Positions 59,400 to 64,000 of a stretch of 64,000 nucleotides of DNA are shown here, piece by piece. Source of the DNA: Nitrospirales bacterium (GTDB lineage: Bacteria; Nitrospirota; Nitrospiria; Nitrospirales; UBA8639); assembly GCA_963555755.3 (NCBI GenBank), contig OY820905.2:2112001-2176000 (forward strand). Direction: 5' to 3'. The notes beneath the pieces were generated by a model that was given only the letters and a program-made list of their open reading frames with translations, searched no databases and had not been told where the DNA came from. Each line of letters starts with the position of its first letter. The stretch's first letter is position 1. The translations under genes and the position numbers were made by a program.

Positions 59400-61365
59400 A
59401 ATTATTCCTGACTATGATTGTTGTACCTTTATTGGTAGTTTAGTGTCCCTTGATTTGAATACTGGTGATATATTGTGGAAATCTTATACTGCACCACTTT
59501 TACCTGAAGGTACACTTCCTAGTGATTGGTATTCAGGTAATGCTGTTTGGGGAAGCTCACCATCAATTGATCCATCACGAAATTCTGTATACATAGCAAC
59601 AGGTAACAACTATCAAACCCCAAATGACTTGGAAGAATGTATTGCAAATGCAGAAACATTACCTACTCCTGAAGAAGTTGAAGCTGCAAAACTGATTTGT
59701 CAAGAAGACATTGATGTTCCAGGAAATCTATTTGATGCTATAGTCTCTTATGATCTTGATACAGGAGATGTAAACTGGGCTAACAAACTATGGAGTTCAG
59801 ACTCTTGGAATGTTGCTTGCTTCTTGGGAGGTGAAAACTGTCCAGATCCATTTGCACCTGACTATGACTTTGGCCAAGCTCCTATGCTCTTTACAGTGTT
59901 TGTAGATGATGACCCAGTAGATCTAGTAGGTTCCGGTCAAAAGAGTGGAATCTTCTGGGCGCTTGATCGTGATATTGGAGAAATTGTTTGGACTGTTAAT
60001 CCTGGACCTGGAAGTACACTTGGAGGTATGCAATGGGGATCAGCAGTTGATGATCAAAGAGTTTATGGTCAAATAACAGGTACTGATGAAGCAGGACCAT
60101 ATACCATTTTTGATTTTGAAGGTACTCCAACTGTAATTACTGGTGGTTCATGGTGGGCAGTAGATGCTGCAACTGGAGAATTACTTTGGCAAACTGCAGC
60201 ACCTGATGGCAGTTTAACATGGGGACAAGTCAGCGTAGCTAATGGATTATTATTTGCTGGAACTTTGGGTAATGCTCAAGATGGTATGATGGTTATTATG
60301 GATGCTGCAACAGGTGATATCCTTTGGACAAAAGACATTGGCGGTTCTGTTTCTGCAGCTCCTACAATTGTTAATGGCCAACTAATCTGGCCAACTGGAT
60401 ATGGAGGCTTTGGCGGTTCTTACAATAATGAAATATTTGCATTTAGTTTAGAATCAATTGGAATTGATTTTGATAATGATGGATTTACTGAAGAAGAAGA
60501 TTGTGATGATAATAATCCTGAGATAAATCCAGATGCATTTGATATTCCAAATAACGGCATTGATGAAAATTGTGATGGAGTAGATGCACAAGGTGGTGGT
60601 GTGGACCTTAGTGGAGTATTAGATGCAATTGAAGATGCAAAGACTATGATACTTGATGCACTAGGATTACTTGATATAAAATTAGATCAAGTTTCTGAAA
60701 AGATTGACAACATTGATACAGGTTCTGATAGTGTAGAACGAGTTTCAGTAACTGTGAAGATGCCAGGTGTTGTAATGAAACCAGGTGAAGTGTTTGTACT
60801 ATTAGATACAACTGGTTCTGGAACTTTAGAAACAGTTCATGTTGCAGTTAATTTACCATGTTCAAAAAATAACGAGCCAAGATTCTCAGTACTGGCAGGA
60901 GTTGCAGGTGGTTCACTAGAACCAGTAATTAGCAGTTCTGATGACTTTACTGGATTTAAGGGACCAAAGAAGACCTGCACATTCCATGATACAATACTTG
61001 CAAGTGAAGTTCCAGGTGGAGAAATTACTGATGTTATTTTAATCAATGATGGAAACAAAAAATCTACTTTACCAAGATATTCAGTAGTAACCATAACTGG
61101 TACATATTCTCCTTGATTTTATTTTTATTAATTTTACGCCTAGATAAAATTAGAGTGTCAATGTGATCTGACAAATCGCCCTCCCAGTGTCATGATTTAA
61201 GGCAAAAATTGTAAGGGTCTTGAACTAACTTGACAAGTCACCTCGAGGGCCTACATTTTTTGGTTAAAGACTCTCACATTACATTTCATTCTAAAATTAG
61301 TGTAAACTTCAGTAAAGCACCCTAGATAAATACGAGATAATTTTATTAAAAAAGGGGTCAAAAAA

Positions 61366-62398
61366 GGGGTCAAGTCACTTGCTTCATGATAAAAAAGTAG
61401 TTAGACTCTGGTCATGCCTCGACCTCCTCGGATGGAATACGAGCATGCGGTGTATCATGTCATGAATCGTGGCCGGGCTCGGCACCCGGTGTTTCATGAT
61501 GCCCGGTACTATCGAGCCTTTCTCGACACGTTGGCCGAGCTGCATACCCGCTTCCAGGGTGTGATTCATGCCTATTGCTTGATGGGCAATCACTATCATG
61601 TCTTGCTGGAAACTCCCAGGGCCAATCTCAGTCGCATGATGCGCCATCTTAACGGGGTGTATACGCAACGGCATAATCGTCTCAAACGTACTGATGGCTC
61701 TTTGTTTCGAGGCCGCTATAAAGCCATTTTGGTGGAGCACGATGCCTATTTGCTCCACGTGTCCCGGTATATCCATCGAAACCCTCTTGACGGCATACGG
61801 CCGCTGGTCACGAATTTGTCTGATTATCCCTGGTCGAGCTATCCGACATATATCGGTCAAGCGAAGCCGGCACCGTGGTTGTGCCGGGAACCGACGTATC
61901 GCCTGCTTGGGCATGTGCACCGGTATCGTGGGTATGCTCGCTACGTGCTAGAGGGCAACGATAAAGAAATCGAGTATTTTTACCAACGGGGCAATAGGGC
62001 GGCCATTATGGGAGGGCAGGAGTTCAAATCTTGGGTCTATGACGAATTACTGCCGGATCTTGAAGCGGAGGAGAAAGGGCAGGTGATCCAGCCGAGTCTT
62101 GCAATCGACACTATTATCACTGGGGTGGCCAAGGCCTATCGCACGACACCAGACCGGCTGACCATGGTAGTGAAAGGGCCGCAAAAAGGGAATGAGGCTC
62201 GGAAACTGGCGATGTATCTGTGTCAGGAATTAGCGGATGTGAAACTTCAGGACATTGCGCCCTGCTTCCATCTGCGTCATAGCGGTTCGGTGAGTTTTAT
62301 CACCCACCAGGTCAGAAAGAAGAAACGAGACGAGAAGGGATTTGCCGCTAGAATGAACGAGGTGATTGAAAGTATTCTGAAGCAATCGACTTGACCCC
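61366..62398 (+). mobile_element. TIR-bounded HUH/Y1 element, copy 2
   Basis: Same TIRs as copy 1; AAAAAGGGGTCA x2 on the left. Confidence 0.88.
61414..62394 (+). CDS. Y1/HUH (RAYT-like) transposase with C-terminal HTH
   Basis: Differs from 54750-55730 at two residues. Confidence 0.92.
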   Translation: MPRPPRMEYEHAVYHVMNRGRARHPVFHDARYYRAFLDTLAELHTRFQGVIHAYCLMGNHYHVLLETPRANLSRMMRHLNGVYTQRHNRLKRTDGSLFRGRYKAILVEHDAYLLHVSRYIHRNPLDGIRPLVTNLSDYPWSSYPTYIGQAKPAPWLCREPTYRLLGHVHRYRGYARYVLEGNDKEIEYFYQRGNRAAIMGGQEFKSWVYDELLPDLEAEEKGQVIQPSLAIDTIITGVAKAYRTTPDRLTMVVKGPQKGNEARKLAMYLCQELADVKLQDIAPCFHLRHSGSVSFITHQVRKKKRDEKGFAARMNEVIESILKQST

Positions 62399-62668
62399 TA
62401 TTGCTGAAGCAATCGACTTGACCCCTATTTCCTATTTTTGACCCCTATTTCTATTTCCTATTTTGACCCCTATTTCTAGAATGAACGAGGTGATTGAAAG
62501 TATTCTGAAGCAATCGACTTGACCCCTATTTCCTATTTTGACCCCTATTTGAAGCAATCGACTTGACCCCTATTTCTATTTCCTATTTTGACCCCTATTT
62601 CTAGAATGAACGAGGTGATTGAAAGTATTCTGGAGCAATCGACTTGACCCCTATTTGACCCCTATTTT
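62391..62668 (+). repeat. Array of 10 TTGACCCCTATT ends made of nested co-terminal copies
   Basis: Units of ~11-55 bp, all finishing GACCCCTATT. Confidence 0.92.
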
Positions 62669-62965
62669 GCCCCCCATACATTGCCTTTGCATAGCGCCAA
62701 GATAATTCACCACCGCCAGTTTCTTCACCGTCAACGTACACTCGCCTAAGTCTTCTTCGACTAAGCCTTCCACGAGATACGGCTTTCCGCCGGTTAGCAC
62801 ATGGCCGTATTTTCGAAAGGTCGCGGGAAAGAACGTGGCATCGTAGAGGCCAGTGAGGTCTTCGAAGGTGGTAAATTCCATGGGCTGGCCGTTGTTCATT
62901 TCAGCAAACTTTTCCGTTATCAACCAGACGACCATTCTGACTTGCTTGCCGGCGTAGCGGTGTAT
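62669..62965 (-). pseudogene. DNA polymerase III alpha (DnaE-type) C-terminal OB-fold fragment
   Basis: GKQVRMVVWLIT..GQPMEFTTFEDLTGLYDATFFP..YLVEGLVE. Confidence 0.7.
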
Positions 62966-63078
62966 CTCCGAGGGTGGACTTGACCGGTGCCTTCCAATGA
63001 ATGCCCCCCCTTTCCATGCAGCCAACGCCAATGGATAATTCTTTTTACGGCAAAAACAAAAACTGGATGGGGGGGGGG

Positions 63079-63513
63079 TTACCGGCGTATGGGAAGACGC
63101 CAATCAGCAAGAAGACGCACATGGCCAAGACGTCCAGCGCGTTTGAAATAATCTCGATCGGCAGTGACATATACTCCATCAGACTGGAGTGCCACCACAT
63201 GGTAACAACTATCATAAAACGTCACCCCTTTGATCTCTCGCATAAGCTGAAGCACCGCTTGACAGTCGTCAACTGTCAGATGAACTTCTGGAAGCTCATA
63301 GTCCAGAAGCGCACTCATCAGTTCAGCAGCAAGTTCAGGTTGTTTCAAACCTAGAACATTCCCAACTTCATAACGCCACAACGTCGGCACCTGAAGGTCA
63401 ATCGCCTCGGAAAGGAACGCCCGTTGAAGCTCAAGAGCCTTCGGAAGATCCTTCCCCTCATCTCGTTCTAGAACCCATTTCAGGATTACAGAGGCATCCG
63501 GCACTACAATCAT
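63079..63513 (-). CDS. vapC: VapC-family PIN-domain toxin
   Basis: VPDASVILKW, YEVGN, TFYDSCY, VTAD. Confidence 0.9.
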   Translation of the reverse strand: MIVVPDASVILKWVLERDEGKDLPKALELQRAFLSEAIDLQVPTLWRYEVGNVLGLKQPELAAELMSALLDYELPEVHLTVDDCQAVLQLMREIKGVTFYDSCYHVVALQSDGVYVTADRDYFKRAGRLGHVRLLADWRLPIRR

Positions 63514-63520
63514 AAGGAAG

Positions 63521-63745
63521 TCACCTTCGTCGATCTCGGCGGACCAAGGCCACAATCTCTTCACTCTTCAACTTGGCGCTTCTAGTGCGCAACTGTTGGA
63601 TTTGTTTCCTCGCGGTTTCACGTTTCCGCCGAAGCAACTCCTTACGTAAGGCCTCATTGATCACCTGACTGCGCTTTCGCGCTGGCACAAGCTTCAGCAG
63701 GTCTTCCCGCACGTCTTCATCAATGGACACATTCATCTTAGGCAT
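63521..63745 (-). CDS. Ribbon-helix-helix antitoxin (VapB-like)
   Basis: KMNVSIDEDV..RSQVINEALR; directly upstream of the PIN gene. Confidence 0.8.
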   Translation of the reverse strand: MPKMNVSIDEDVREDLLKLVPARKRSQVINEALRKELLRRKRETARKQIQQLRTRSAKLKSEEIVALVRRDRRR

Positions 63746-63826
63746 AATCAAGGCTCCTTTCTTTAGATCCTATAATTATAGCATTAAATATGCACCTAAA
63801 AAAGACGCCTAAAAAATTAGAGAAAG

Positions 63827-63924
63827 GGCGTCAGGGCCCATTTTTCCTTACCCAATAGTTCATGGATTCTAGTCAGTATGGCTAGTTATCAATTCTCAAG
63901 AGAGAAGAAAAGGTTCCTGACACC
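63827..63924. mobile_element. ~100-bp mini-element with GG(C/T)GTCAGG inverted ends
   Basis: GGCGTCAGGGCCCATTTTT ... AAAAGGTTCCTGACACC. Confidence 0.5.
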
Positions 63925-64000
63925 TTTTGCCCAAGATGGGTGCGCGGTGATGCACGTTTGTTGATTTGGACCGATAAGGGCCAACTGGTGGACGGTCAGC

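Larger units (their letters stand above)
56369..61116 (+). pseudogene. Secreted multidomain protein (3 cupredoxin repeats, PQQ beta-propeller, MopE-like motif, C-terminal domain) split by IS1380; 1051 aa when rejoined
   Basis: Removing the IS and one AATTA restores ..EELWAGIIPDYDCCTFIGS.. in frame; WPNWGGD, VWGSSPSID, DYDFGQAP, GGMQWG; DNDGF..DCDD..NGIDENCDG. Confidence 0.88.

Noticed and set aside
62391..62668. CRISPR array
   Set aside because: The intervening sequences are copies of the element end, not unique spacers; unit length is irregular and there are no cas genes.

Overview
A heavily mobilised 64-kb region. The host is probably a Nitrospirales-like bacterium (inferred from a repeat/MITE and from hypothetical proteins, not database-checked). 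Surviving genes include a polysaccharide deacetylase, carbamoyltransferase, two Fic proteins, methyltransferases, a Rieske oxygenase, a hybrid histidine kinase, VapBC, tRNA-Arg(CCG) and tRNA-Lys(CTT). They are interspersed with IS1595, IS4, IS3, IS256, ISAs1, IS30, IS110, IS1380, IS630 and IS91-like elements and many pseudogenes. The most unusual feature is an HUH/Y1 (RAYT-like) transposase element with ~21-bp terminal inverted repeats ending GGGGTCA/TGACCCC, whose ends are amplified as nested co-terminal tandem copies. Two intact copies bracket an AT-rich, archaeal-looking cupredoxin-PQQ gene that is itself split by a host IS1380. Solo ends and mini-elements with related ends lie at many gene or fragment junctions. 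The same TGACC^CC position is hit by two IS4 copies, an ORF-less group II intron and probably ISAs1. That ORF-less intron carries three head-to-tail copies of a second, RT-encoding group II intron in its domain V. An IS110 bridge RNA can also be decoded against its target and donor. All calls come from reading motifs by eye; no searches were run.
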